Positions 46,520 through 56,558 of a stretch of DNA of 64,000 nt are shown here, piece after piece. The stretch lies in assembly GCA_965140705.1 (NCBI GenBank), contig OZ223300.1, forward strand, positions 1,472,001-1,536,000. Reading direction: 5' to 3'. Positions within the stretch are counted from its first letter, which is position 1; each line of letters opens with the position of its first letter. The DNA is from an uncultured Arcobacter sp. Its GTDB lineage: Bacteria > Campylobacterota > Campylobacteria > Campylobacterales > Arcobacteraceae. Made by a program: the position numbers and the translations under genes. The notes beneath the pieces are model-generated. The model was given only the letters and a program-made list of their open reading frames with translations, was not told where the DNA came from and ran no database searches.

Positions 46520-48403
46520 ATGCCCAATAAACATATTAATGAATTTTTAGATTATTATATAAAATTTCCAAATCCTCAATATGCAGTCCTTTTAAAAGGA
46601 AAGTGGGGAAGCGGTAAAACACATTTTATTAATGAATATAAAAAACAATTAGATATAAATCAACAAAAATATATTTATGTAAGTTTATATGGAGTTACTT
46701 CTTATGATGAAATTGAAACCAAGTTTTTAGAAACTATACATCCAAAACTTTACAATAAAAAGACTATTTTTGCAGGAAAAATTGCAAAACAACTTTTAAA
46801 AGGTTCATTAAAAATTGATTTAGATGATGATGGAAAAGTTGATGGAAATGCAAGTGTTCAATTACCTAATTTTAAGCCTGAAGATTTATTAAATACTAAA
46901 GATTATATTTTAATATTTGATGACTTGGAAAGAAGTGGTATAAATATTATTGATTTGCTTGGGTATATAAACTTTTTTGTTGAACATCAATCATACAAAG
47001 TAATATTAATTACAAATGAAGAAGAATTAGAAAAAACAAATAAATATACTCAAATTAAAGAAAAACTTGTTGGAAAAACTTTTGAATTTAAAACAAATCC
47101 AAGTGATGCGTATGATAGTTTTTTAAGTGAGCTTAAAAACGAAAGAAGAGTAAAAGAAGATATTTTAGAAAAAGAAAAATCAAAAATATTAGAACTTTTT
47201 AAAAAATCAAAGTTTAATAATTTAAGGATTTTAAGACAAAGCTTATTTGATTTTGAGAGGTTTTATGATGAAGTTTTAAAAAACCACATGCAGAATAACG
47301 AATTAATTAATGATGTCCTTATTATTTTATTTATTTTTATATTTGAAACTAGAAATTCTAAATCAGATTTTTTTGATAGATTAGCGAATGATGAACGTGG
47401 TTATTGGGATGAAATTTTAGAAAAAGAATTAATTAGTAAAAATAAGATAGAACCAAAAGCAAAAAACTTATATGAAGAGATTTATGAAAAGTATAATGTT
47501 TTCATAGAAAGAAATACGATTTTGAACATTCAAACTTGGAAGGATATTGTATTAAATTCATTTATAGATACAGAAAATATAAATAAATATTTATTAGAAA
47601 GTAAGTATTATGAAAATGAACCCACTTGGAAAAAATTGTGGAATTATTTAGAATTAGATGACACCAATTTTGATATAGTTTTTAATGATGTATATAATAA
47701 ATTAAATGAGTGTCACTACTCAGAGTTACTTCATATAATGTTGATATCTTCTACTGTATTAAAGTTAAAAAGTTTAGGATTAGTTAGTTATTCTTTAACA
47801 GAACTTTTTGATGTATTAAAAAAACAAATTGATTATTTATTTAATAATGATTTGATAGTTAAAAATTATATTTTATATAAAGAAGATACTTTAAATAGTC
47901 ATTCTTATTCCTCTTTAGGTTTTGAAATAGATTTTAAAGAGTATTTAGAAATAAAAAAATATATTAAAGACAAATTAAATGAAAAAGAAGAAGAATTTTT
48001 TAGAAAGGCATTTTATGAAATTGCTGATTCAATAGAAAATAATACTTCAAATTTATATAAGTTATTATCGCATTCTAAGAATATGGAGACACTTTATTAT
48101 GAAAAACCAGTTTTTGCTTTTATAGATGTTAATGAGTTTGCAAGTTTATTAATAAAAGCAAAAAGTAAAGCACAATATGCTTTCGGTAGTATAATTAATC
48201 GTAGATATGAATATGAAATAATTGCTAGAAAACTTATGGATGAATATTCTTTTATTTTAAAACTTAAAGAAATAATTGAAAATGAAACAATAGAAAAAAA
48301 AGGTAAAATTAGTGGTTATAGATTAGAATGTAATTTATTAGGACAACTAACGAAGGCAAATGAAGATTTAAAAAATATTATTAAAGAAAACAATTATAAA
48401 TAA
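46520..48403 (+). CDS. KAP-family P-loop NTPase with uncharacterised C-terminal region
   Basis: LLKGKWGSGKT (Walker A), YVSLYG, ILIFDDLER (Walker B), KEKLVG, NLRILR. Very AT-rich. Confidence 0.88.
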   Translation: MPNKHINEFLDYYIKFPNPQYAVLLKGKWGSGKTHFINEYKKQLDINQQKYIYVSLYGVTSYDEIETKFLETIHPKLYNKKTIFAGKIAKQLLKGSLKIDLDDDGKVDGNASVQLPNFKPEDLLNTKDYILIFDDLERSGINIIDLLGYINFFVEHQSYKVILITNEEELEKTNKYTQIKEKLVGKTFEFKTNPSDAYDSFLSELKNERRVKEDILEKEKSKILELFKKSKFNNLRILRQSLFDFERFYDEVLKNHMQNNELINDVLIILFIFIFETRNSKSDFFDRLANDERGYWDEILEKELISKNKIEPKAKNLYEEIYEKYNVFIERNTILNIQTWKDIVLNSFIDTENINKYLLESKYYENEPTWKKLWNYLELDDTNFDIVFNDVYNKLNECHYSELLHIMLISSTVLKLKSLGLVSYSLTELFDVLKKQIDYLFNNDLIVKNYILYKEDTLNSHSYSSLGFEIDFKEYLEIKKYIKDKLNEKEEEFFRKAFYEIADSIENNTSNLYKLLSHSKNMETLYYEKPVFAFIDVNEFASLLIKAKSKAQYAFGSIINRRYEYEIIARKLMDEYSFILKLKEIIENETIEKKGKISGYRLECNLLGQLTKANEDLKNIIKENNYK

Positions 48404-48424
48404 ATTTATAAAAAGGTATTAGAA

Positions 48425-48472
48425 ATGCCATTTTCAAAAGAGGAAAAACAAAAGCTTTTAGAATTAAAGTAA
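48425..48472 (+). pseudogene. 15-codon stub MPFSKEEKQKLLELK, possible truncated gene
   Basis: AAGG RBS-like sequence and ATG. Resembles, from recall only, the N-terminus of small HhH-domain proteins (MPFS..E...LL..KGVG). Confidence 0.4.
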
Positions 48473-48476
48473 GTAG

Positions 48477-48938
48477 ATGCAAATAATAAAATATAATGAA
48501 AAATATAAAAAAGAGATTCCTGAACTTTTCACCAATACTATTCTTAAAACATGCCATAAAGATTATACAAAAGAGCAATTAAATGCTTGGGCAAATTTAG
48601 ATATTGACTATAAAGTTTGGGAGGAAAGATTATCTAAAACAAAACCCTATTTAGGGATAATTGATGAAAAACTTGTCGGATTTGTAGAGTTTTATGAGGA
48701 TTATATTGATTGTTTTTATGTGCACCATGAATATCAAGGTTGTGGTGTAGGGAAAATGCTTATAAATCATATTTTTAAAATAGCAAAAGAGAATGAACAA
48801 ACTCTTTTAAAAGTGGATGCAAGTATCACTGCAAAACCATTTTTTGAGAAGTTTGGTTTTAAAGTATTAAAGAAAAATAGAGTAAAAAGAGGCAATATAG
48901 AATTGACTAATTTTACTATGCTATTGTCCCATTACTGA
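48477..48938 (+). CDS. GNAT family N-acetyltransferase (YafP-like)
   Basis: DYTKEQLNAWA, YVHHEYQGCGVGK, ASITAKPFFEKFGF. Confidence 0.92.
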   Translation: MQIIKYNEKYKKEIPELFTNTILKTCHKDYTKEQLNAWANLDIDYKVWEERLSKTKPYLGIIDEKLVGFVEFYEDYIDCFYVHHEYQGCGVGKMLINHIFKIAKENEQTLLKVDASITAKPFFEKFGFKVLKKNRVKRGNIELTNFTMLLSHY

Positions 48939-49020
48939 TTTTGTTGCAAAAACCACTAAAAGTAAAATTACCTTATAATAAAGAGAGTTTTAAAGTAAAA
49001 TAGAGAATTGATAAATTTTA

Positions 49021-49518
49021 ATGTACCAGGGAAAGAAAGTGAAAAATAAATTATATTTTATGTGTGGAAAGATGGCGGCTGGAAAATCCACTTTGTCAAA
49101 AAAACTTGCAAAAGAAAAAGATGCAATATTATTAAGTGAAGACAAAATATTAGGAGAACTTTATCCAAGTGAGATACAAACAATAGAAGATTATGTAACT
49201 TACTCTTCTAGGTTAAAAGTTATGTTAAAAGAGCATCTTATTGAACTTTTAAAAAAAGAAAATAGTGTTGTGTTAGATTTTCCTGCAAATACAATTAGCC
49301 AAAGAGAGTGGTTTAAAGAGATAATAAAAGAATCTAAAATTGAGCATGTGATGTATTATGTAAAAAGAAGTGATGATGTATGTAAAAGTCAACTAAAAAA
49401 GAGAAATGAGAATATATCACAAGATTCTCCTCTGATAGATGAAAAAACTTTTGATACTATTACAAAATATTTCCAAGAACCTAAAGAAGAGGAAGGTTTT
49501 AATATAATATATTGTTAG
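49021..49518 (+). CDS. AAA_33/kinase-like P-loop protein
   Basis: CGKMAAGKST, VVLDFPANT..QR.W, FQEP..EEGF. The start may be GTG 49039. Confidence 0.85.
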   Translation: MYQGKKVKNKLYFMCGKMAAGKSTLSKKLAKEKDAILLSEDKILGELYPSEIQTIEDYVTYSSRLKVMLKEHLIELLKKENSVVLDFPANTISQREWFKEIIKESKIEHVMYYVKRSDDVCKSQLKKRNENISQDSPLIDEKTFDTITKYFQEPKEEEGFNIIYC

Positions 49519-49591
49519 ATTAACTACTTAGCAGATTTCATCATTATTTAAATTATAAAATTATAGTATGTTTATACAAAAGGACAATATA

Positions 49592-50308
49592 ATGCAACAA
49601 AATAGTAAAACTAGTTTTTTGATTTTGGGAATATTTATATTCTTAGGTTTGAGTACTTTAGGTTACTTTTTTAAAAGTGCAATTGTGGAGTATAAACAAT
49701 TTGATAGAACTGTTAAGGTCAAGGGTCTTTCTGAAAAAGAGTACAAGGCTGATATTGTAATTTGGCCTATCACTTATACAGAAGTAAGTAACAATCTTGA
49801 AGATATATATAATTCCATTGATAAAAACAATGAAAAAATCAATAATTTTTTACTTTCAAATGGCATAGAAAAAAGCGAGATAACTTTTTCTGCTCCTGAA
49901 ATCACAGATAAAGTTGCTCAACAATATGGTAATGAAAAAATTAACTATAGATACAATGCTAGACAAACAATAACTGTATATTCAAAAAATATTGATGGAG
50001 TTCGAGCTGTAAAAAGTTCTCTATCAAAACTTGGAAAGCAAGGTATAGTATTTTCAGGCGATAATTATGGAAGTCGTACCGAATATATTTTTACAAAACT
50101 AAATGAAGTAAAACCAAAAATGATAGAAGAAGCTACAAAAAAAGCAAGAGAAGTAGCCCAAAAATTTGCCTTTGATTCAAAAAGTAAATTAGGAAAAATA
50201 AAAAGTGCATCTCAAGGGCAATTTTCAATCTCTCAAAGGGATAAAAATAACCCTCAAATTAAAAAAATCAGAGTTGTCTCAACTGTTGAGTATTATTTAA
50301 CAGATTGA
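49592..50308 (+). CDS. SIMPL (DUF541) domain protein
   Basis: RTVKVKGLSEKE.KAD..IWP, LGKIKSASQGQFSI, KKIRVVSTVEYYL. ATG follows AAGGA. Confidence 0.88.
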   Translation: MQQNSKTSFLILGIFIFLGLSTLGYFFKSAIVEYKQFDRTVKVKGLSEKEYKADIVIWPITYTEVSNNLEDIYNSIDKNNEKINNFLLSNGIEKSEITFSAPEITDKVAQQYGNEKINYRYNARQTITVYSKNIDGVRAVKSSLSKLGKQGIVFSGDNYGSRTEYIFTKLNEVKPKMIEEATKKAREVAQKFAFDSKSKLGKIKSASQGQFSISQRDKNNPQIKKIRVVSTVEYYLTD

Positions 50309-50328
50309 TATAAAATAAAGAAATTTTT

Positions 50329-51684
50329 TTATAAAAATGAGTTTAAAAACTCTATCCACAAATATTGAAGTGGATATAAAAACAGTGTGGTTAGTACTGC
50401 TAAAGTAATTAATACTTTTAAAACATGTCTTTGTTTTATTTTAGAAAGAGCAAGACCTACTATTAAAGGTGGGGCTTGGTGGGCAAAGAATATATTTGAA
50501 TAAGCAGCTACTTGCATCATAAGTATTTGATCAAAACTAAAACCAGTTACGTTAGAAATTTGTTCTGCCATAGGTGTAAATATGGCAGGGATACTTGGTT
50601 GTGTAGCAATTATTCCCGTTAATGACATGACTAAAGTTACTTTAATATAGTTTATTATTCCATATTGTGAGGGCACATACAAGTTAATCAAACTAGATAA
50701 TACCTCTTTTATATAATCATTATGCGCTACAATAGTTCCTAAACCTATGATTGTTGCTACATATAATAAAGAAGAAAAATTTATACTATTTATATCTTTT
50801 GATTTTATTATGCCAATTGAAGGAACTGCTAAAAAAAGTATTCCACATATTGCAATAACACTAGGAGAGATTTTATGTATAAAATCTGTTGCCCAAAAAG
50901 TAATCATAAGTAAAATAGTAAAAATCACTATTAATTCATCTTTTGAAAATTTTATTTTTGTTTTATTTTTATTTATAATTTTTGGAGTATCATTAAAAAA
51001 ATTATAAATTAATACAACTATTATAATATCTTTTAAAATAGTAAAAACTAAGAAGTTAGTAAGCAAATAATGTGAATACAAAATATCATAATTGTAAAGT
51101 TGTGAAGTTAAACCTGTTAATATCATATTTGGGATATTTGCAGGAAGAATTGCAAAACCAGACATTGATGTTGTAATTATAAAAGCCAATAAAATACCAA
51201 TATATCCTTTATCATTCTCCTTAAATCCAAAACTATTGGCAACTGCTATTGCTATGGGAACCATCATCACAACTCTTCCTACACTTGAAGGCATAACAAA
51301 ACTAGCAAGAGCTGAGAATATAGTAATTGAGATTATGATATTTAAATAAGTTACATTTTTCAAATTTGAAAAGATTTTCGAAAATCTATGTGTTAAGTTT
51401 ACATTTTTTATAGCTGTTCCAATTAACATACCTGCAAAAACTAACCAAAAAGCAGATGAAGCAAAGCCGGAAAAAATAAGCTCCTTTGAGCTTAGTGAAA
51501 AAGCACTACATGAGAATAAAAAAAGTAATGAATTATAAAAACCTGAGACTAAATTTGTAGCCCAAAAGATTATAGTTGATAAAACTATACTTATAAGAAA
51601 TAAATCTTTTTGATCTATTATAAAATTTGAAAGAATTGAGTACAAAAAAATAGGAATAGTAATTAATAAAACAGTTTTTATCAT
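50329..51684 (-). CDS. SLC13/DASS-like permease
   Basis: SGFASSAFWLVFAG, FVMPSSVGR, ILPANIPN, HQAPP; polytopic. Confidence 0.82.
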   Translation of the reverse strand: MIKTVLLITIPIFLYSILSNFIIDQKDLFLISIVLSTIIFWATNLVSGFYNSLLFLFSCSAFSLSSKELIFSGFASSAFWLVFAGMLIGTAIKNVNLTHRFSKIFSNLKNVTYLNIIISITIFSALASFVMPSSVGRVVMMVPIAIAVANSFGFKENDKGYIGILLAFIITTSMSGFAILPANIPNMILTGLTSQLYNYDILYSHYLLTNFLVFTILKDIIIVVLIYNFFNDTPKIINKNKTKIKFSKDELIVIFTILLMITFWATDFIHKISPSVIAICGILFLAVPSIGIIKSKDINSINFSSLLYVATIIGLGTIVAHNDYIKEVLSSLINLYVPSQYGIINYIKVTLVMSLTGIIATQPSIPAIFTPMAEQISNVTGFSFDQILMMQVAAYSNIFFAHQAPPLIVGLALSKIKQRHVLKVLITLAVLTTLFLYPLQYLWIEFLNSFL

Positions 51685-51871
51685 TTTTCTACTTGTAAAA
51701 AGTTTTTTATAAGAATATTATTATTTTAATTAAAGAAACATTATCTAATTAAAAAAATAAGAATAATTCTTATAATATTCTATTTTTTTATTAATTATTT
51801 TTAGTTTTAACTTTTTTTGTTACAATACAAAGTTAAACTTTATATATTTGAATATTATTGAGGTTCTTATA

Positions 51872-52501
51872 ATGAACATAGAAAAATTAAAAGATGTGGA
51901 ATCAGAATTTTTTGATGCTTATCCAAAAGGCTTTGAGGATGAGAAGTTAATACGTATGGTAAAAAAATTCAATCCTGAAAAATTAGAAGCTTATGCAAAA
52001 GAAGCTTTTAAAAAAGAGAACTTTTCAGATCCACATTTTATAACTGAGGCATATTTTAAAACTATTCAAAAGTCAGTTATGGTATCACTTTTTGATAAAG
52101 TAAAACTTCGTGATGTGATAAAGGCTTTAACATCATATGAAAAAGATATGCTTAGTATCGAACTTTATGAATTATTATATGGAAATAAAAAAGATGGATT
52201 TGAAGGACTTGTAGAGTTTTTAGCTGAATTTGGTATGGCAAAGTGGACTTTAGTGACTCTTGTACCTTATAGTTTTAATAGGCAAACAGAGTATTTTATC
52301 AAACCAACAACAACAAAGAATATCATAAAGTATCTAGAAATTCCTAATTTAATATATAAACCACGACCATCTTATGAGTTTTATAAACAGTACACTAAAG
52401 TTTTAGATAAAATAAAAACAAAAGTTTCAAAACCACTCTCATTTGACAATGCTGCATTTACTGGGTTTTTAAAAATGGGTATTGAAATTTGTAATGAATA
52501 G
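51872..52501 (+). CDS. Conserved-looking hypothetical soluble protein
   Basis: 209-aa ORF from ATG 51872 after GAGG; motifs YPKGF, AKWT, FIKPTTTK. Confidence 0.75.
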   Translation: MNIEKLKDVESEFFDAYPKGFEDEKLIRMVKKFNPEKLEAYAKEAFKKENFSDPHFITEAYFKTIQKSVMVSLFDKVKLRDVIKALTSYEKDMLSIELYELLYGNKKDGFEGLVEFLAEFGMAKWTLVTLVPYSFNRQTEYFIKPTTTKNIIKYLEIPNLIYKPRPSYEFYKQYTKVLDKIKTKVSKPLSFDNAAFTGFLKMGIEICNE

Positions 52502-52530
52502 TTAATTTAAATGCAATTAAAAGGGGAAAA

Positions 52531-53208
52531 ATGTCAAATAAGTATTTGAAGAGTTTAAAGGTTTTATTTATAGAAGACGAAGATCTTATAAGAAATAAGA
52601 TTGTTTCTTCCTTAGAGTATATTGTAGCTGAAGTTATTTCAGCTTCAAATGGAGTAGAGGCATTAGAAAAACTTGAAAATTTTACTCCTGATTTGATTAT
52701 CACTGATTTGGAAATGCCCAAAATGAATGGTGCAGACTTTATCCATGAAGTTAGAAAAAAAGACAAAAATACTTGTATTATAGTAGTCACTGCATATACA
52801 AGTGAAAAGTATTTATTGCAACTCATTGATATGCATATTGAAAAATACATTCTCAAACCAATTACTTTGGAAAAATTAATTAGTGCCTTGGAAGATTGTC
52901 AAAAAAGATTTTCTAATGCTACTAATTTAAAAAGAACTCTTCCTGATGATTACACATATGATTGGAATCAAAAAATCTTATTACATAAAGATGAAATGAT
53001 TACTTTAACTAAAAAAGAGATTCTGTTTTTAGAACTTCTTTTTAAAAATATAGATAGTGTGACTTCCTTTGAAGAGTTACAAGAAGTTGTTTGGCAAGAT
53101 AGTGTTATGACAGATAATGCTTTGCGTTCTTTAATTAGAAACTTAAGAAAAAAATTGCCAAAAGATTTTATTGTCAATTTATCAGGTATTGGTTATAAAG
53201 TTGCGTAA
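52531..53208 (+). CDS. OmpR-family response regulator
   Basis: LFIEDED, DLIITDLEMP (phospho-Asp), YILKP, winged helix LRSLIRNLRKKL..IVNLSGIGY. Confidence 0.95.
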   Translation: MSNKYLKSLKVLFIEDEDLIRNKIVSSLEYIVAEVISASNGVEALEKLENFTPDLIITDLEMPKMNGADFIHEVRKKDKNTCIIVVTAYTSEKYLLQLIDMHIEKYILKPITLEKLISALEDCQKRFSNATNLKRTLPDDYTYDWNQKILLHKDEMITLTKKEILFLELLFKNIDSVTSFEELQEVVWQDSVMTDNALRSLIRNLRKKLPKDFIVNLSGIGYKVA

Positions 53209-54829
53209 ATATTTACTTCTTTTTTTATGTGTTAGCTTTTTATTTTCAAATGATGCAATAAAATATAAACATGATCAAACGGATAAAATTCTTATAAATG
53301 AGATGACAAAAGACTCCGAACTAAAAGTATATATGCCAACTCTTCCGTATTTCAACCTAATAAGTTTGATTAATGGTACTTTGGTGAAACTAAGTGATTC
53401 TAAAAGAGGATGGGATTATTATTTAGCATATAAACATAAAAAGATAAATGAACTTACCTATGATTTTTGGTTAAGAGATGATGTTCGTTATCAAGATGGT
53501 ACAAAATTTGATGCTGATTCTGTTGTTGATAATTTTAAACACTTTATCAATGGTCCTTTTTTATATAGTAATATTCATAATGCATTAGACTCAGTTGAAA
53601 AGTTAAATGATTATAAAATAAGAATACACTTGAAGATACCTTATGGAATGTTGTTAAATGATTTATGTGTAATAAATTTTTATACAAAAAAATATTATGA
53701 AAAATATAATTGGACCCCAAGTTTAACAGCTCAAAATACAAAAGGTCCTGGTCTTTATGGAGCAGGACCTTATATCATGGCTCAAGGTTATGCTACAGGA
53801 TTAAAACAAAGTAAAAAGATAGTTTTAATTGCAAATCCATATTATTTTGAAAAAAACAAACCTTATATAAATAAAATTACCATTTATACTGAAATTCCAA
53901 CGAAAAAGGTTATTAATGATATCTCAAAACATGAAGGAAAGCTTGATATTGCTTATATCCCTTATAATAAAAAAACTGAAATAGTAAATTCAAAATATGC
54001 GAAACTTTTGATTTCTCCCTCACATGGTAATTTAACAGTTCATATGAATCTAATAAAGAAAGATTCAAAACTTAAAAATATAAAAGTAAGACAAGCTTTA
54101 AATGATGCAATTGATCAAAAAAAATTAATCAAGTTTGCTTTTAGAAATGAGGCGAGTGTATCGCCATTTTTATTATCTTCTAATACTTATTTTGCAAAAG
54201 ATTTATCAAAGAAATATCTAAATAAAAAATCAAGATTTAGTCAAAAACAGTTGCATGATATTTTAAATGGTTTAGAGTTAAAAGTCATTACTCAAGATAG
54301 ATTTATGTCTGTTTGGAAAGGAATCGAATACCAATTATCAAAGTATGGTGTAAAACTAAATTATACAATAACAAGTGATGAAAAAGTTGTTTTAGAAAAG
54401 CTTTTAAATAATAGAAAAAATATTTATGATTGGGATTTATTAATTTGGGGAAATGAGGATTGGAATGGAAGTCCTTGGACAGCATTTTTTACTTTATATA
54501 CAAAAGCTAATTGGTGTTCAATTGATAAAGATGATTATTTGGTAAATGAGTTTGAAAAGTTATTTAAATTAGATACAAATTCAAAAGAGTTTCAAAAAGA
54601 GGTAAATAAAATATTATTGTATAGTTATGAAAAAGCCTACACATTAGTTTTACCTTCACCAAATATAGTAATTGCTTTAAATAAAGAAGTTTATTATCAT
54701 CCTTCAGAAATGTCAACTTTCCCTCTATGGAATGCAAAAATCACCCCTTATCATTGGTCTATTAGAAAAGGGAAGCTAGATAAAAGTAGACTGAATTACC
54801 TTTATCCAATTAGGATTAAAAATGAATAA
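53201..54829 (+). CDS. Family-5 (OppA/DppA/NikA-like) periplasmic solute-binding protein with no adjacent permease
   Basis: TTG start overlapping the RR stop; signal peptide; TYDFWLRDDVRYQDGTKFDADSV, GAGPY, ANPYYF, KVRQALNDAID. Confidence 0.88.
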   Translation: MRKYLLLFLCVSFLFSNDAIKYKHDQTDKILINEMTKDSELKVYMPTLPYFNLISLINGTLVKLSDSKRGWDYYLAYKHKKINELTYDFWLRDDVRYQDGTKFDADSVVDNFKHFINGPFLYSNIHNALDSVEKLNDYKIRIHLKIPYGMLLNDLCVINFYTKKYYEKYNWTPSLTAQNTKGPGLYGAGPYIMAQGYATGLKQSKKIVLIANPYYFEKNKPYINKITIYTEIPTKKVINDISKHEGKLDIAYIPYNKKTEIVNSKYAKLLISPSHGNLTVHMNLIKKDSKLKNIKVRQALNDAIDQKKLIKFAFRNEASVSPFLLSSNTYFAKDLSKKYLNKKSRFSQKQLHDILNGLELKVITQDRFMSVWKGIEYQLSKYGVKLNYTITSDEKVVLEKLLNNRKNIYDWDLLIWGNEDWNGSPWTAFFTLYTKANWCSIDKDDYLVNEFEKLFKLDTNSKEFQKEVNKILLYSYEKAYTLVLPSPNIVIALNKEVYYHPSEMSTFPLWNAKITPYHWSIRKGKLDKSRLNYLYPIRIKNE

Positions 54830-56474
54830 TTTAAAAATACGGCAGAAGTTTATTATATTAGGACTTATTGCTCTTATTTCATTAATATTGTTAGCCTTAC
54901 TATCTCTAAAAATAAATAAAGATAGTTTTACTAATTCAAATAATGTTGTAATAAATTTTAAAGATACACAAGAGATTCAAACCTTTTATATAGAAGAACT
55001 TTTTTTATTAAGAGAAGTAACTCTATCTTTAGTAATATCTCCAAATGATGATTTTAAAAAGAAGTTTGATGAAAAAATTTCACCTATTATAAAAAGATTA
55101 GATAAAAAATTTTTAAATGAAACTCCTGATAATAAAAAGGCATGGGAAGATTATAAAAAATTAGTTTTAAAAACTAGAGAATATTCTTTAAATGGATTTG
55201 ATGAAGGTGCTTTTATGAACACTTCATCTGTGGAAAGAGATAGTTTTTATTTTTTGATTAATAAGTTAAAAACAATTCAAAAAAAGAATTTACAAGAGTC
55301 TGAAAAAAAATTAAAAGAATTGAAAAATGATATAAAAATAAACAATATTTATATTCTTTTAGGGGTTTTGATTATTGGTTTTTTTGGATTTATTATTAAT
55401 CTAACTGTTGTTTTTAAAATAGTAAAACAAATAGAGAGTGTACAAAGAGGATTACAGAAATTTTTTAAACATTTAACAAATCCTACTGCTTATAAAGAAC
55501 AGTTGCATATTGATATAACAAGTAAAGATGAACTAGGATTAATGGCAGAGGCTATAAATACAAAAGTAAAATTAATAAAAGAGAATTTACAAGATGACTA
55601 TAGGTTGATACAAGAAGCTACTTTTACTTTGGATTCTTTAAAAGAGGGAAAATTTGGTAAAAGATTAGAAACACAGGCAAAATCCAATGAATTAAATGTA
55701 TTAAAAAACGTTATGAATGAAATGATAGGAAATCTAGAAAATAAAATATTAGAAGAGATCAACCATAGAACAAATCAAGAAAAACTGATGATTCAACAAT
55801 CAAAATTAGCTGCAATGGGTGAAATGATAGGAAATATTGCACATCAATGGAGACAACCTTTAGGTGAAATAAATGCCGTATTGATGGAGATAGAGACTAT
55901 AACTAGATATGGAAAACTTGAAGAAGAGCATCTTTTAAAAAATATAAAAACCTGTAATGAAATTACAGAACATATGTCTACTACTATAAGTGATTTTCAA
56001 AACTTTTTTAAACCTTCAAAACAAAAAGATAAATTTTCAGTATTAGAAGTGTGTAAAAAAGCTGTATCAATTATCAATGCCTCTTTAAATAATAATAATA
56101 TAGAACTAATCTTTGATATTCAAGAAGATAATACAATAGAAGGTTATTCAAATGAATTCTCCCATGCAATACTAAATATAATTTCAAATGCAAAAGATGC
56201 GCTAATATCGAGAAAAATTAAAAATCCAATAATAATTTTGAGTATAAAAGTTGGTAAAGAGTTTACAATAATTAAAATAGAAGATAATGCAGGGGGAATA
56301 AAATTAGAAGATATAAATTTAGTATTTGAACCTTATTTTACTACCAAAGGTGAGAAAAGAGGTACAGGAATAGGTTTATATATGACAAAAGTAATTATTG
56401 AAGATAATATGCATGGCTTTATTGATGTGAAAAATACAAATCAAGGAGCACTTTTTAGAATAAAGGTAAAATAA
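54822..56474 (+). CDS. Membrane sensor histidine kinase
   Basis: 2 TM segments around a helical periplasmic domain, HAMP (DELGLMA), H-box GNIAHQWRQPL, NAKDA, DNAGG, FEPYFTTK, GTGIGLY. Confidence 0.95.
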   Translation: MNNLKIRQKFIILGLIALISLILLALLSLKINKDSFTNSNNVVINFKDTQEIQTFYIEELFLLREVTLSLVISPNDDFKKKFDEKISPIIKRLDKKFLNETPDNKKAWEDYKKLVLKTREYSLNGFDEGAFMNTSSVERDSFYFLINKLKTIQKKNLQESEKKLKELKNDIKINNIYILLGVLIIGFFGFIINLTVVFKIVKQIESVQRGLQKFFKHLTNPTAYKEQLHIDITSKDELGLMAEAINTKVKLIKENLQDDYRLIQEATFTLDSLKEGKFGKRLETQAKSNELNVLKNVMNEMIGNLENKILEEINHRTNQEKLMIQQSKLAAMGEMIGNIAHQWRQPLGEINAVLMEIETITRYGKLEEEHLLKNIKTCNEITEHMSTTISDFQNFFKPSKQKDKFSVLEVCKKAVSIINASLNNNNIELIFDIQEDNTIEGYSNEFSHAILNIISNAKDALISRKIKNPIIILSIKVGKEFTIIKIEDNAGGIKLEDINLVFEPYFTTKGEKRGTGIGLYMTKVIIEDNMHGFIDVKNTNQGALFRIKVK

Positions 56475-56481
56475 ACTTTCC

Positions 56482-56533
56482 CACTTTTTTTACACTTTTT
56501 TTCAACTAATAGGACTTTTTTTTCATATATAAT
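56482..56533 (+). promoter_or_regulatory. Tandem direct repeats plus -10 box upstream of the cytochrome c/oxide reductase operon
   Basis: CACTTTTTTT at 56482 and 56493 (11-bp period), GACTTTTTTT at 56513, TATAAT at 56528. Confidence 0.55.
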
Positions 56534-56558
56534 TTTATAAATATAAAAAAGGAGCAAT

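Noticed and set aside
45862..50328. Integron cassette array or prophage
   Set aside because: No integrase, no recurring attC-like inverted repeats in the spacers, no phage structural genes and no flanking direct repeats seen.
51750..51790. Imperfect inverted repeat upstream of the DASS permease
   Set aside because: Almost entirely A/T in an extremely AT-rich spacer, so expected by chance.
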